A DNA stretch of 64,000 bases from Minisyncoccota bacterium. Its GTDB lineage: Bacteria > Patescibacteriota > Minisyncoccia > Phycocordibacterales > UBA918. A program made the position numbers and the translations under genes. The notes under the pieces are model-generated. The model was given only the letters and a program-made list of their open reading frames with translations, did not search any database and had not been told where the DNA came from. This document shows positions 47,875 to 58,527 of the stretch, piece after piece. The stretch covers positions 478,663-542,662 of the forward strand of contig JAWKSP010000001.1 of assembly GCA_041389025.1 (NCBI GenBank), written 5' to 3'. Position 1 is the first letter of the stretch, and every line of letters starts with the position of its first letter.

Positions 47875-48660
47875 ATGTCTGAAAAAACTGAGAAATACGT
47901 AATTTTAGAAAAAGCAGTTGGTGAAACACCACTAGAATGTACTGAAAAGTGGCGTAAGACTAGACCAGATTTAGCCGGAGTGCCGTTAGCTTACGCCGGT
48001 CGTCTCGACCCAATGGCTTCGGGACAACTTTTAGTGTTGGTTGGTGAGGAGTGTAAAAAACAAACTGAATATCATAACCTTGATAAAGAATATGAGTTTG
48101 AAATTTTGTTTGGTGTTTCTTCTGATTCTGGTGATGTGCTAGGTATCATTACAGAGACCACTAAAAAAGTTATTGATGAAAATGAAATAAAATCCGTTTT
48201 AGAAAATATGATTGGTGACATTGAACTACCCTACCCAATCTTTTCCTCAAAGACAGTTAAAGGTATACCACTTCACACCTGGACTATGGAAGGAAGATTA
48301 AATGAAATAGAAATTCCCACCCGCAAATCAAAAATTTATGAACTAGAACTTTTAGAAACAAAAGAACTAACAAGAGAAGACATAGCTAAAATTACTCTTG
48401 AAAAAATTGAAACTATCCCCCCAGTCACCGATAAAAGAAAAGCTCTGGGTAATGACTTTAGAAGGCCGAAGGTGCGGAAAAGTTGGCAAAGCTTTGCCAA
48501 CTTTTCCGCACCCGAAGACCGCTTTACTATCGCAAAAGTCCGCTGCCTTTCATCTAGCGGAACCTACATGCGCACTTTAGCGGAAGTTATAGCTGAAAAA
48601 CTAGGTTCAAAAGGACTAGCTTTTAGTATTCATCGAACACAAGTATTTTTAACTAATTAA
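47875..48660 (+). CDS. truB: TruB-like tRNA pseudouridine synthase
   Basis: YAGRLDPMASG, K.YEFE, SSGTYMRTL. Confidence 0.82.
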   Translation: MSEKTEKYVILEKAVGETPLECTEKWRKTRPDLAGVPLAYAGRLDPMASGQLLVLVGEECKKQTEYHNLDKEYEFEILFGVSSDSGDVLGIITETTKKVIDENEIKSVLENMIGDIELPYPIFSSKTVKGIPLHTWTMEGRLNEIEIPTRKSKIYELELLETKELTREDIAKITLEKIETIPPVTDKRKALGNDFRRPKVRKSWQSFANFSAPEDRFTIAKVRCLSSSGTYMRTLAEVIAEKLGSKGLAFSIHRTQVFLTN

Positions 48661-48749
48661 ACAAAAAAACATTTACTTTTCTGGAGATAACATAACCCCT
48701 ACCCTCAAGCTTTCAAAAACTTGAGGGGATTTTTATAAATACAAAAAAC

Positions 48750-50723
48750 TTATTTACTTAACTCCTCCACCTTCTTTAAATAAGCATCCACTGTCATCAC
48801 ATACTCGGCATGACTCCAGATCAAAGGGGCAGTTGATAAATGTTCACGGGTATTGGGATGCATTTGCTCCGCTAAAACACCACCAGTAGTAGCATGGGAA
48901 CAAGTCCACTCCAATATATCCAAAGGATCTTTTAAATCACTTAGTTTCTTGGCTTTTTTAATCATATATTTTGCCATCCAAAGTGTAGTAATAACCCACG
49001 GATTTGGTGACTCAGCATCATGCATACGATAATAGCTGTCGTTTTCATAACGCACATAACCTTTACTATTTGATGAAGATAATTGTAGTTTCTCCATCAC
49101 CGTTTTTACAGACCTCTCTATTCTTGGATCATCAATGTCAAACACATCAAAAAACATTGGTCCATAAAAACTACTAACATCTAAAGTTTTATCAAAAATT
49201 AATTCTTCATTTTCGTTATATAAAGCATGCTTCACAAACATACCCAACTTTTCATCATACAAAATATCTCCAATTGCTTTTTGCATTCTTTGCGCCACCG
49301 CTTGATAAGTACGAGCATCATCATCCTTACCTAAAATCATTGCAAACCGCGAAGCGGCCAGTAAAGAACCGTATACCGACGAAGCTGTATAAGTAGAAAT
49401 ACCATATTTTTCTTCCCATAAATCATAAGAAGCCTGCGGTAAACCAGTAGCTGAGTCTATGTACTCACACATAAACCTTGCCGCTGGTTCAATAAACGGA
49501 TTATAAAGTGATTCAATAAATTCTAAATCACGATTTTGCTCGTAATGTTGCCAAAGCGCAAAGACAATTGAAGCAGTCTCATCTTCTTGAATCGGTAAAT
49601 GTGGTTTTCCATTTTGCAGCCACGGATGCCAAGAACTACCAAGAGCTCCATCAGACCGATATTTATGCATTAAATACCCTCCTGGTTCAATTAAATTGGT
49701 TATAAATGAATAAAAAGATTGAGCAGTATCACCATAACCAGCAATATCTAAGGCCATTGCCACAAAAGCACCATCACGTGGCCAAACATAACTATATGTA
49801 TCACGCCCGTGATGTAACATATCTGTATCGGAAGAAGCGATAATACCGCCACGATTGTCAGTATGTATTCTTATAGTAATTAAAGAGCGATCAAATAATC
49901 TTTGCAACGGCTTTGAAAACAGCGATAAATCTCTCTCCTCTTTATCAATCCAAGCCTTCCAATAAGCTTCAGTTGAAGAAATAAGCCGGTCAGGATCTTC
50001 TTCTATAACATACTCATCTAAAGTATGAACCTCTGCAACTGACTCACCACAAACCACCCAATAATAACAATCAGCACTACTTTCAGCTGATATATTGGCA
50101 CTTAAGCTGATTATTGAATCAACTGAACCGTGTTCAATTGGATTTCTCTCCAACTTACCATCATAAGCATCAAAATAGGTTCCTTCTTTATTTTCAATAC
50201 CAAATAAACCAATATTGTAATCTGAAAATTGTTTGCCATTTACAAAAGCATTTACCAAAAGCGTAACTTTACCTTTGTAGTGAATAATAGCTTTAACTCT
50301 TGGATCATAGAATGCCGTATCCCCGCGGCGCGATTCAGAAATTCTAAATTGTTGTGATAAAAATAATTTTATTTCCCTTTCTTCATTACCGTTATTGGTA
50401 ATAGTAAATTTACGTAAAAAAACATTTTGTTCATTATGGACAGTGTCTTTACTAGAAATAGTAACTGCTAGTTTTTTGTTTTCCGCTGTCATTTCCCCAA
50501 CACAACCTTGGTGCACTGAACAAAAATCAACCTGCCAATCACCATCATCCAGCCATGACATTTCCCCACCAACGAAGATCCCAATACGATGTACGTAGTT
50601 ACCACTAGCCCCACTGACATGATTCGATTCACCAACAAACGGATAGTAAAGATCACGCACTTGGCCCTTATGATCTAGGCCAATTAGAAGATTACCATTT
50701 CCAACTGTTACTGCTCGAGCCAT
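48750..50723 (-). CDS. Glycoside hydrolase family 15 (glucoamylase-like)
   Basis: YSYVWPRDG, QEDET, DLWEE, LAEQ, PLIWSHA. Confidence 0.92.
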   Translation of the reverse strand: MARAVTVGNGNLLIGLDHKGQVRDLYYPFVGESNHVSGASGNYVHRIGIFVGGEMSWLDDGDWQVDFCSVHQGCVGEMTAENKKLAVTISSKDTVHNEQNVFLRKFTITNNGNEEREIKLFLSQQFRISESRRGDTAFYDPRVKAIIHYKGKVTLLVNAFVNGKQFSDYNIGLFGIENKEGTYFDAYDGKLERNPIEHGSVDSIISLSANISAESSADCYYWVVCGESVAEVHTLDEYVIEEDPDRLISSTEAYWKAWIDKEERDLSLFSKPLQRLFDRSLITIRIHTDNRGGIIASSDTDMLHHGRDTYSYVWPRDGAFVAMALDIAGYGDTAQSFYSFITNLIEPGGYLMHKYRSDGALGSSWHPWLQNGKPHLPIQEDETASIVFALWQHYEQNRDLEFIESLYNPFIEPAARFMCEYIDSATGLPQASYDLWEEKYGISTYTASSVYGSLLAASRFAMILGKDDDARTYQAVAQRMQKAIGDILYDEKLGMFVKHALYNENEELIFDKTLDVSSFYGPMFFDVFDIDDPRIERSVKTVMEKLQLSSSNSKGYVRYENDSYYRMHDAESPNPWVITTLWMAKYMIKKAKKLSDLKDPLDILEWTCSHATTGGVLAEQMHPNTREHLSTAPLIWSHAEYVMTVDAYLKKVEELSK

Positions 50724-50729
50724 GAAAAA

Positions 50730-51158
50730 TTAAACTGTATAGGTTTTTAAGTGTTTAGCTACCACCTGACAAGCTTTATCTCGCCCTTTAGTTTTTCGTA
50801 AATCAGTCGCACAATCACTATCACATAAAACACCATCTACCCAATCGGCAAAATCATTTTTTTCGCTGTTGACATGATAACCAAAAACTTCTTGATCCAT
50901 ATTAGTAAGCGCTTCTTGTAGAGCCATTAAATTATTTATTATTTGTCCATCATTTACCCAAAATGACTGATCGTCACTGGCATAAACTAAAACCTTTACC
51001 GTTACTTTGGGTTTAGTGTTTTTTGAAACTTTTTTTGTAGTTGATTTTGTGGTTTTTTTTGCACTAGTTTTAGCGACCTTTGTTTTTGTAGCGATTTTTT
51101 TAACCACTTTTTTAGCAACTGGTTTTTTAGCTGTTTTCTTTGTTGTTTTACTTGGCAT
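50730..51158 (-). CDS. Lys-rich N-terminus plus DUF5752-like domain
   Basis: KKTAKK repeats; FWVNDG...L..L...F.YHVN.EKNDFADWV. Confidence 0.7.
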   Translation of the reverse strand: MPSKTTKKTAKKPVAKKVVKKIATKTKVAKTSAKKTTKSTTKKVSKNTKPKVTVKVLVYASDDQSFWVNDGQIINNLMALQEALTNMDQEVFGYHVNSEKNDFADWVDGVLCDSDCATDLRKTKGRDKACQVVAKHLKTYTV

Positions 51159-51169
51159 AAAAATAAGAA

Positions 51170-52576
51170 CTAATCTCTTCTTCGAGAACTAATAAAGAAC
51201 GATACTAACTTGGTAAACCATAGTTTCAATTTTGTCATGATTTTTTGCCACCAAGATGTAATCGCTTCCTCCTCTATAACCTCCAAACTCATCCCCACCT
51301 CAGCTTTTACCAGTTGTATTTCTTTATCATCTTCCACTTCTAAGGAAGTTTGTTTTTCAGCTTCATCCGCCACTAAAGCTAAAGTGCGACTTACCCTTAA
51401 TTGTAAATCACTTAAGGCATTCATGAAAGCGATATATGCGTCATATGGGGATTGGTAAGGACTGAAGTAAGCGTGCACATCGCCATCAGCTGACCACTTG
51501 GTACACATGTAATAAAAATGATCAGAAGTTTGCAGACGACGCCAATCTTCTGTTAAAACATCATCATTAATCTTCATAACCTGATCCTCCATTCCATAAA
51601 TAGCTCCGATGGCATCACGTTGAATATCGTTACCGATCCAAGCCGTTAGATCACGATCCGTGTCAGCCCAAGTCAATATATCTGGCACATCAAAATCCCC
51701 AACAGTGTCGTAAGCCATGACAGTCTCAGTTGGAGTCTTAAAAGAAGTATCAGGATGTCTCATTAAGATATCTGGTAAAGCATGTAGAAAATCAAAAATA
51801 CCAGTATCCTCCCATTGATGTTCACCAAAGGTCTCATAGTCCATAAATAGATTGATAGTTTGACCATCGCCATGATGTGAATGAATCCAGTTTGCATAAG
51901 TTTCGGCTGATAAAGGCCAACTCTCCCACGCACGATTACCAAACCGAAAAGCAACATCATCAGATAATTTATAATTTTTTAGTAGGACTTTTATTTTAGA
52001 ACAACCAGTTGGGCGATAAAGAAAGTTTGGACTACGCCAACCCAAATACTTATCCCAACCCTCAGCCATAATCCCTAAGTAACCATTATCCTCACACCAC
52101 TTAGCCAAGTCATTCCGGTAAGACATTTCGGTATTTCTAAATATCCGTGGTGTCACTCCAAACAATTGTTCAATTCTCTCACGGTGTCGATTCACCTGTC
52201 TTTCAAATTCCGGCACTGAATAAAAGAAAGCCAATGAGTGGTAATAAGTATCGGCCAGTATCTCTACTCGACCACTAGACACTAGACGTTGGAAAGATTC
52301 TAAAACGTCCGGGGCATATTCTTCGAATTGATCTAAAACTGTTCCAGAAAAAGATAACGCAAAACGAAATTCCGGATGATTGTCTAAAAGACTTTGTAAA
52401 ACAGCGTTAGTTGGACGGTAAGATTTATTGGCAACTTTTTCGATTATTTTTCGGTTATTTAAATCAGTCTGGCTGTTATCATTAAAATACTGCTGGTCGT
52501 TACCAATATCAAATATCCGGTAATTTTTTACGCGGTAGGGTTGATGAACATGAAAATATGGACAGACAGTAAGCAT
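51170..52576 (-). CDS. Glycoside hydrolase family 57 (alpha-amylase-like)
   Basis: HVHQPYR, FRNTEM, MDYETFGEH, LQTSDHFYYM. Confidence 0.94.
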   Translation of the reverse strand: MLTVCPYFHVHQPYRVKNYRIFDIGNDQQYFNDNSQTDLNNRKIIEKVANKSYRPTNAVLQSLLDNHPEFRFALSFSGTVLDQFEEYAPDVLESFQRLVSSGRVEILADTYYHSLAFFYSVPEFERQVNRHRERIEQLFGVTPRIFRNTEMSYRNDLAKWCEDNGYLGIMAEGWDKYLGWRSPNFLYRPTGCSKIKVLLKNYKLSDDVAFRFGNRAWESWPLSAETYANWIHSHHGDGQTINLFMDYETFGEHQWEDTGIFDFLHALPDILMRHPDTSFKTPTETVMAYDTVGDFDVPDILTWADTDRDLTAWIGNDIQRDAIGAIYGMEDQVMKINDDVLTEDWRRLQTSDHFYYMCTKWSADGDVHAYFSPYQSPYDAYIAFMNALSDLQLRVSRTLALVADEAEKQTSLEVEDDKEIQLVKAEVGMSLEVIEEEAITSWWQKIMTKLKLWFTKLVSFFISSRRRD

Positions 52577-52582
52577 AATTAT

Positions 52583-53803
52583 CTAACTAGCATATTTTAA
52601 CAGATTTTGATAAAGCTGTTTTATTTTATCCGCTACAACTTGCCAATTTAGACGTTTTAGCTCGAATCGACCTTCTTTTTTTATTTGTTCTCGCATCACT
52701 GGATATCTAAGGGCGGCTAAAATCTTATTGGCCATTTCTTCGACATCCCAAAAATCTACCTTTAGTACATGAGTCATTACTTCTGATACCCCAGACTGTT
52801 TACTTATAAGTGAAGCGGTACCGTGTTGCAAAGCCTCAAGTGGCACTAAACCAAACGGCTCAGATACTGACGGCATAACCATCAGGTCAGCAGTTTGATA
52901 CATGCGGTCACGTTCTTTATCCCATAAGGCACCCGCAAAAATAACATTCTGTGATAATGACAATTGTCCTACCAACTCGATAATCTTATTAGTCATATCA
53001 CCAGATCCAGACACCACAAACACTACGTCAGGGTCAACATCCACCACCAACCTAGCTGCTCGCACAAAATAATCTACTCCTTTTTGAATCGTAATCCGAC
53101 CATGATATAAGACTATTTTCTTTCCCTGCGCTTTCAAATCAGCTAAAGCTGGAGCATGGTGTTCTGGTTCATAAGTATCACAACCATTATGTACTACCTC
53201 AACTTTATTTGGGTCTATTCCGTGTTTATTGACAATAATATTTTTAGTAAATTGACTAACTGCAATTATTTTATCAGCAGCCGCAAAACCTTCTTTCTCA
53301 ATTTTATAAACCCGCGGATCGACATTATCACTAGCCGCTTGATCAAACGAAGTGGCATGAACATGAAGAATCAACGGTCGACCACTAGCTAGCTTGGCCG
53401 CTATACCAGCTAAGTAAGAAGTCCAATCATGAGCATGAATCACATCAAAAACTTCTTCTCGAGCAATCAACGAAGCTTGGTGGGCGTACTTGTGCACTTC
53501 ATCAATAATGGTACTGGCTTTTATAATTGGTTGACCACTTTCATCATAGCCAACAATAGTACTTACTTTACTCTCGGCTGATAAGTAAGGTTTAATAGAA
53601 GACTCGACCTCTCGTACCTTTACATTAAATCCCTTGTCAGCAAAAAGAAACTTGGCATGACCCATAACCTTTTGCTGTTTTGGTAATACAAAAATAACCT
53701 CAACTCCTTTATCTAAAAGCTCACGAGTCAAACCAAAACAAGCAACTCCAAGACCACCGTTATATGACGGTGGAAATTCCCAGCCAAAGGTTAATACTCT
53801 CAT
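52583..53803 (-). CDS. GT4 glycosyltransferase (glycogen synthase-like)
   Basis: GWEFPP...GGLG, HAHDW, PSVSEPFGLVPLEA. Confidence 0.92.
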   Translation of the reverse strand: MRVLTFGWEFPPSYNGGLGVACFGLTRELLDKGVEVIFVLPKQQKVMGHAKFLFADKGFNVKVREVESSIKPYLSAESKVSTIVGYDESGQPIIKASTIIDEVHKYAHQASLIAREEVFDVIHAHDWTSYLAGIAAKLASGRPLILHVHATSFDQAASDNVDPRVYKIEKEGFAAADKIIAVSQFTKNIIVNKHGIDPNKVEVVHNGCDTYEPEHHAPALADLKAQGKKIVLYHGRITIQKGVDYFVRAARLVVDVDPDVVFVVSGSGDMTNKIIELVGQLSLSQNVIFAGALWDKERDRMYQTADLMVMPSVSEPFGLVPLEALQHGTASLISKQSGVSEVMTHVLKVDFWDVEEMANKILAALRYPVMREQIKKEGRFELKRLNWQVVADKIKQLYQNLLKYAS

Positions 53804-54000
53804 AAATATTTAAAGTAAAACCACTACACAGGACGCAAACCAACGGCGTAGTCAGTTGTTACTATGATAACATTTTGTTTTTTGTTTTTTTAAAACAAAA
53901 TTGAATTATGTTGATTAGCTAATCACAAACAGTCGCAAACTCTAGACCGATGCGTGATACTATGTAATAGTATTAAATTGTTTGGTTTAATTTTCAAACT

Positions 54001-55161
54001 ATGACTAATTTTGAAGCAAATTCAATAACTGATTCTATAAATAACTCATTTGAAACCAGCGAGAAGAACGCCAGAATAATTGCCCAAGGTGGAGATTTTT
54101 ATTTTATAAAAGAAAAATTAACCACAGCCGACTTGCTCGAAAAAGAAAAAGAGCGAGTTAAAAAAGAATATCAAGAACACTTAGATAAAATACAGTTTTT
54201 GACTGATAGCGACCTGGAAATGTTCACCATCATCGAGTTATACGACAAAAATCTAGCTCTCCATAGTCTGGAAACTTTCCTTCTAGCCAGGAGTAAGGCT
54301 GAACGACCACTGGCTTTTAATATTGTCCTAATCGACATTTTCGCTACTGAAGATGTCACTCCAGAACAATTTTTCCGCGCTTGTTTTTTGCATGATGTTG
54401 GTAAAGTCTATGTTCCAAATTTTATTTTAAATAACGAAGCCAGTTTTCATGAAATAGCCAATATCTTAAATCAAAAACTAAGTGAAGGTGATAACGATAC
54501 TTTAGCTAATATTGCCCGCAAAACCGGTGAATCAACAAAAGACAAGACCAAAGAAGAACTACTTCAAATACTAAAAAAACATTATATACGACCAGTTTAT
54601 GTAGTACCGGTAAAATATTTACTTAATGAAAAAGAAAATATTGTAGCTAAAAATTCTTATCATTTAAATACTGACTTTTCTTTAATGGATATTATTGAGA
54701 CTCACGAAAAACACTCCGGTGATATTTTGCGTCAAGCTGGTTATGAAATAGAAGCTGACTTGGCCGGCGCACATCACAATTACCACGGACGAGGATCAAA
54801 CCACCCTAAAACCTTAGAAGCCTTAAAACTCACCATCGATAGCGTGGAACTTCTGCGTATTGCCGACATTACTCATGCACTTGGCGACTCTCGCTCGTAC
54901 AACAAAACCGGATTTTCCAAACCAAAAATTTGGACAATTATACTTGAAGAAGTAAACGCCGGTAAAGTCAGTGAGGTAATGGCTTATCTTTGGCTTGAAG
55001 ATGAAGTGAAAGTTTTTGAACAGGATAAAAATAACCTTGAAAACTTAACAATTGAAGGCCAAGCGCACCTCGAGTCCGTTAAAAAAGAGTTGGTGAAAAT
55101 GTATAAAAATATCAGTTCTGAAGGTGAAACCGAGGAGTTTATGCATCCTAAAGCAGCTTAG
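54001..55161 (+). CDS. HD-domain phosphohydrolase (HD-GYP-like)
   Basis: HS...LHDVGK...H...HH...IADI.HAL..SRSY. Confidence 0.75.
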   Translation: MTNFEANSITDSINNSFETSEKNARIIAQGGDFYFIKEKLTTADLLEKEKERVKKEYQEHLDKIQFLTDSDLEMFTIIELYDKNLALHSLETFLLARSKAERPLAFNIVLIDIFATEDVTPEQFFRACFLHDVGKVYVPNFILNNEASFHEIANILNQKLSEGDNDTLANIARKTGESTKDKTKEELLQILKKHYIRPVYVVPVKYLLNEKENIVAKNSYHLNTDFSLMDIIETHEKHSGDILRQAGYEIEADLAGAHHNYHGRGSNHPKTLEALKLTIDSVELLRIADITHALGDSRSYNKTGFSKPKIWTIILEEVNAGKVSEVMAYLWLEDEVKVFEQDKNNLENLTIEGQAHLESVKKELVKMYKNISSEGETEEFMHPKAA

Positions 55162-55184
55162 ACGACAGATAATTGCACAGCGGG

Positions 55185-55217
55185 AACAGGGCGAAAATCA
55201 AAGATTTTCGCCCTGTT
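55185..55217. terminator. Perfect inverted repeat/terminator
   Basis: aacagggcgaaaatc-aaa-gattttcgccctgtt. Confidence 0.7.
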
Positions 55218-55373
55218 GTGGTCTTTAACACCTCCTCTTGACATAAGTACTATATTATGGTTATAATACTGATAATCAAGCATTTGAAGCTTGGGAGTTT
55301 CTTTTTGAATCAACTATTTTGACTGGCGACCGACCAGTGCATAGCTGGCGTGATCAAAGGCAAAGGAGAAAAC

Positions 55374-56102
55374 ATGTCTAATACAATAAGAGTTTATCTT
55401 AATGACAACCTACTGAGAAAAAAAATAGACCAAGACTATCCTTACATATCTGACGATTATATTTGCTTCGGTACAAACACCAATTCAACACACAAAATCT
55501 TTGTAAGCTACGACGTTAAAAACGGTTTCTATGTAGCAGTACCGTACGAACCAAAAGAAACATTAACGTTGAATAGTTTAATCATACCCAACATCAAGTT
55601 TATATCATTCGTCTTCACTGACAAGGAACTGCTGTACAGTAAAGGTTCGTATCAAAAAGGAAGTCTGACCTACAGAACTGAAAGGGATGTGATTCCCGAT
55701 AAAAAAATTCAGTTTGAAAACAGTGACTTGACTGAAAAAACCGGTAAAGTTTGCGTAAAAGCAAACACCGTTGAGGAATTTAATGTCTTAATGGATAAAT
55801 TTTTCAAAGGTGAACTTGTGAAAGATGGTGTGGACAAAACCGCACGAGAAATTGCGGTTGAGTACCAACCACGACTCCAGGCCAAAGCTTTAAAGTTAGA
55901 AAGTAACTTGTGGATAAAAATAGGATATGGATTGGGACTTATTCCCGACAACACAAAAAGAAAGCTTTCGGAAGAGGAACTACGAAGCGAAGGTACGCCC
56001 TATTTATATATAGTAAGAAATATTCATGGCTTGAACTCGTATATTTCTAAAACCATGCAGACTCGCTGGTATAGAATTGGTTGTCTTTTAAGATTCTGTT
56101 AA
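55374..56102 (+). CDS. Orphan hypothetical protein
   Basis: TTGACA-18-TATAAT promoter (55238-55267); AAAGGAG SD before ATG 55374; terminator at 56133-56164. Confidence 0.75.
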   Translation: MSNTIRVYLNDNLLRKKIDQDYPYISDDYICFGTNTNSTHKIFVSYDVKNGFYVAVPYEPKETLTLNSLIIPNIKFISFVFTDKELLYSKGSYQKGSLTYRTERDVIPDKKIQFENSDLTEKTGKVCVKANTVEEFNVLMDKFFKGELVKDGVDKTAREIAVEYQPRLQAKALKLESNLWIKIGYGLGLIPDNTKRKLSEEELRSEGTPYLYIVRNIHGLNSYISKTMQTRWYRIGCLLRFC

Positions 56103-56178
56103 ACCAGTAACTAGACTAATCTTTTAGTTAAGAAGCGAAACCGGCTTATTTGGTTTCGCTTTTTATTTTTTAAATATA

Positions 56179-56703
56179 TCACCTCCTCCCATCATAAGCC
56201 CAATGCAACAAAGCCTGCCGTTGCTTTTTTCGACAAATTAGATCGCCTTTAGTACAATTATTTATTATTTGACTGGCGTGACGTTTCATATTTTTCCAGC
56301 GCTTAATTTGCCTTTCATCTTCCCCGTCACCAAGCCTTCTTCCTAGATAGTAGCGCGCATACCACTGAAACCACCCATGCGGATCATTTCTATAAATCCA
56401 ACCTTTCTCCTGCCACACCTTGAGTGACTGACTGGCGTTTACCTTAAAATAATTTAGCTCCTTGTTTGACTCTTCGACTCCTTTCGGTTGCAACTTAGCT
56501 TTTTCAAACCAACTATCCGGAAACTCTTTTTTATCTTCTCTAAAATAAAGTCCGCCAAATACTCCCAGCTCTAACATTTCTTTCGGAGTAAGTTCGGGCT
56601 TGAAATCAGGATGAAAATTTCGTCCAACTGGCTCAGACAGCTCGTAAATATATCCTTTAGGACTTCGACTCTTGATTTTGGTTCCCTTTTTGTATTTAGT
56701 CAT
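56179..56703 (-). CDS. Conserved hypothetical protein
   Basis: F.PELTPKEMLELGVFGG...W..KGWI...DP.GWFQWY.RYY.GRR...RQIKRW...RQALLHWAYD. Confidence 0.75.
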   Translation of the reverse strand: MTKYKKGTKIKSRSPKGYIYELSEPVGRNFHPDFKPELTPKEMLELGVFGGLYFREDKKEFPDSWFEKAKLQPKGVEESNKELNYFKVNASQSLKVWQEKGWIYRNDPHGWFQWYARYYLGRRLGDGEDERQIKRWKNMKRHASQIINNCTKGDLICRKKQRQALLHWAYDGRR

Positions 56704-56768
56704 AAGTTATCAATATTATACCTCCTACCGTTGACTATTTATCAAATTTTGTTACTATTCTAGCCATT

Positions 56769-56948
56769 ATGTCACAGGATTTATTGGTAAAGCTGGTTTC
56801 CGCCGGCGACAAAAATGGCGTTGGTAAAGGTCATGTTTACTACACTCGCTATAACAATAAGGTTAAAAAAGACCCGAGTAAGAAGTACGAGACAACAAAA
56901 TTCAATCCAATAGCTAAATGTCATACTGTTTATAAGCAGAAAAAATAG
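56769..56948 (+). CDS. rpmG: 50S ribosomal protein L33 (Zn-independent type; missing from the ORF track)
   Basis: MSQDLLVKLVSAGDKNGVGKGHVYYTRYNNKVKKDPSKKYETTKFNPIAKCHTVYKQKK. Confidence 0.88.
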   Translation: MSQDLLVKLVSAGDKNGVGKGHVYYTRYNNKVKKDPSKKYETTKFNPIAKCHTVYKQKK

Positions 56949-56998
56949 CTGGAATTAAAAACACCCCTTTAAGGGGTGTTTTTAATTCCAGCTATTTT
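56942..56998. terminator. Long near-perfect palindrome, bidirectional terminator
   Basis: aaaatagctggaattaaaaacacccctt-t-aaggggtgtttttaattccagctatttt. Confidence 0.8.
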
Positions 56999-57006
56999 CT
57001 TACCAC

Positions 57007-58035
57007 CTATTGCAATTTTTTATCTTTCGTTCCATCATATTTACCTTGACTAGCTAAACTATTCATTCGGCAAACATGTAACAACATTTTTTGGGCTTCC
57101 TCGGCATTTTCTGGCTTTCCACCCCAAGCATGCAAGAAAGGTTCTTCAATCGCCCGTGAATACGAAAAAGTGATCGGCCATGGTTGATCACCAAGTTTAG
57201 CAATAGCATTTAAATTTTCAGTAGCACGCTTGGGAGTTTGTCCGCCAGACAAAAACACGATACCTCCCACCTCATGCGGTACCGACATATGAAAAGTTCT
57301 TAAAGTAGCATTGGCAATCTCTTCTGGAGTGGATTGTTCTGGATACATGTCACCAGCCAAAACCATGGAGGATTTTAGTATGACACCAGATAAATCTACT
57401 CTATAATCTATTAGCGTACTAAAAAGTATCTGTAAGGTACGCGTGGTCACCTGCTCTGCTCGCTCAATAGAATGATCCCCGGCGTAAATAACCTCAGGCT
57501 CTACCATCGGCACGATTCCCACCGACTGAGCCAACTGTGCGTAGCGAGCCAAAAACATAGCGTTCATTTTTATAGAAGCATCAGTTGGAATTTTATCTTC
57601 ATCAATAGTTATAACCGCTCGCCATTTAGCAAAACGTGCTCCAAGATCATAATATTCTTTAAATCGCTCAGTTAAATTATCTAAACCTTGCGACACTACC
57701 TCACCTTTAAAACCGTGCAAATCAACTGTCCCCAGATCCACTTTGATACCAGGTATAATCCCTTTAGAAATTAAAACATCAGGGAAAGGTGTGCCATCAT
57801 CAGTAAAATTTTTGATTGATGAATCGTACATTATTACACCAGATAGATACTTTTCTACATCAGGAGCAGTAAAAAGTAACTCACGGAAGTCTTGGCGGTT
57901 TTCTGGCTCATTTGGTAGATGTACCATTTCTAGTCGTTTACCGGCTGTTTTATTACTCTCATCAGCAGCCAAGATACCTTTACCAGAAGCCATCAAAGCC
58001 GCGACTGTTTCATATAATTTAGCGTTCTTTTTCAT
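57007..58035 (-). CDS. Class I fructose-bisphosphate aldolase (glycolytic family)
   Basis: GKGILAADES, GIKVD, FAKWRAV, VPMVEPEV, FLSGGQ, FSYSRA. Confidence 0.95.
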   Translation of the reverse strand: MKKNAKLYETVAALMASGKGILAADESNKTAGKRLEMVHLPNEPENRQDFRELLFTAPDVEKYLSGVIMYDSSIKNFTDDGTPFPDVLISKGIIPGIKVDLGTVDLHGFKGEVVSQGLDNLTERFKEYYDLGARFAKWRAVITIDEDKIPTDASIKMNAMFLARYAQLAQSVGIVPMVEPEVIYAGDHSIERAEQVTTRTLQILFSTLIDYRVDLSGVILKSSMVLAGDMYPEQSTPEEIANATLRTFHMSVPHEVGGIVFLSGGQTPKRATENLNAIAKLGDQPWPITFSYSRAIEEPFLHAWGGKPENAEEAQKMLLHVCRMNSLASQGKYDGTKDKKLQ

Positions 58036-58105
58036 ATTAGATATAGTGTAACAAAATAAAACAGCTCGCGCGTGCGCAAGCTGTGAAGAAAGTAAACAAA
58101 TGCAT

Positions 58106-58459
58106 TTACTGATTATTTATATCATTAATTCTTTTATTGTTAACCTTTCTTAATTCAATTAACCATTTTTTAATTGCTTTTAATGTCTCTTCCTCGCCAG
58201 TACTCACTAAAATATTAAAACTCTCTCTGTCACATTCCATTTTCTGAAACAAAAACAATAAGATTGTCTTGTTCTTTTTCACTAAACCAATGACTATGTC
58301 TGTGCTAATCTTTTTTTCTAACCCACACTGAACTATACTTATCAAGTTATCCAAGAGTCTATCTCTCGCCTCTAAATAACTTAACACAGCGCTATTAAGC
58401 CTAGTGGCATCAGCTCCAACTTTTTTAGTAAGACTTGCTACATCTTCTTGAGTCAGCAT
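58106..58459 (-). CDS. Orphan hypothetical protein
   Basis: AAGGAG SD; hairpin acagct...agctgt downstream. Confidence 0.65.
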   Translation of the reverse strand: MLTQEDVASLTKKVGADATRLNSAVLSYLEARDRLLDNLISIVQCGLEKKISTDIVIGLVKKNKTILLFLFQKMECDRESFNILVSTGEEETLKAIKKWLIELRKVNNKRINDINNQ

Positions 58460-58527
58460 GGCAACTCCTTAAAATTTGCGATAATTATTGACAAAAAACT
58501 ACTTTACCAGCATAGTACTACTAATTT

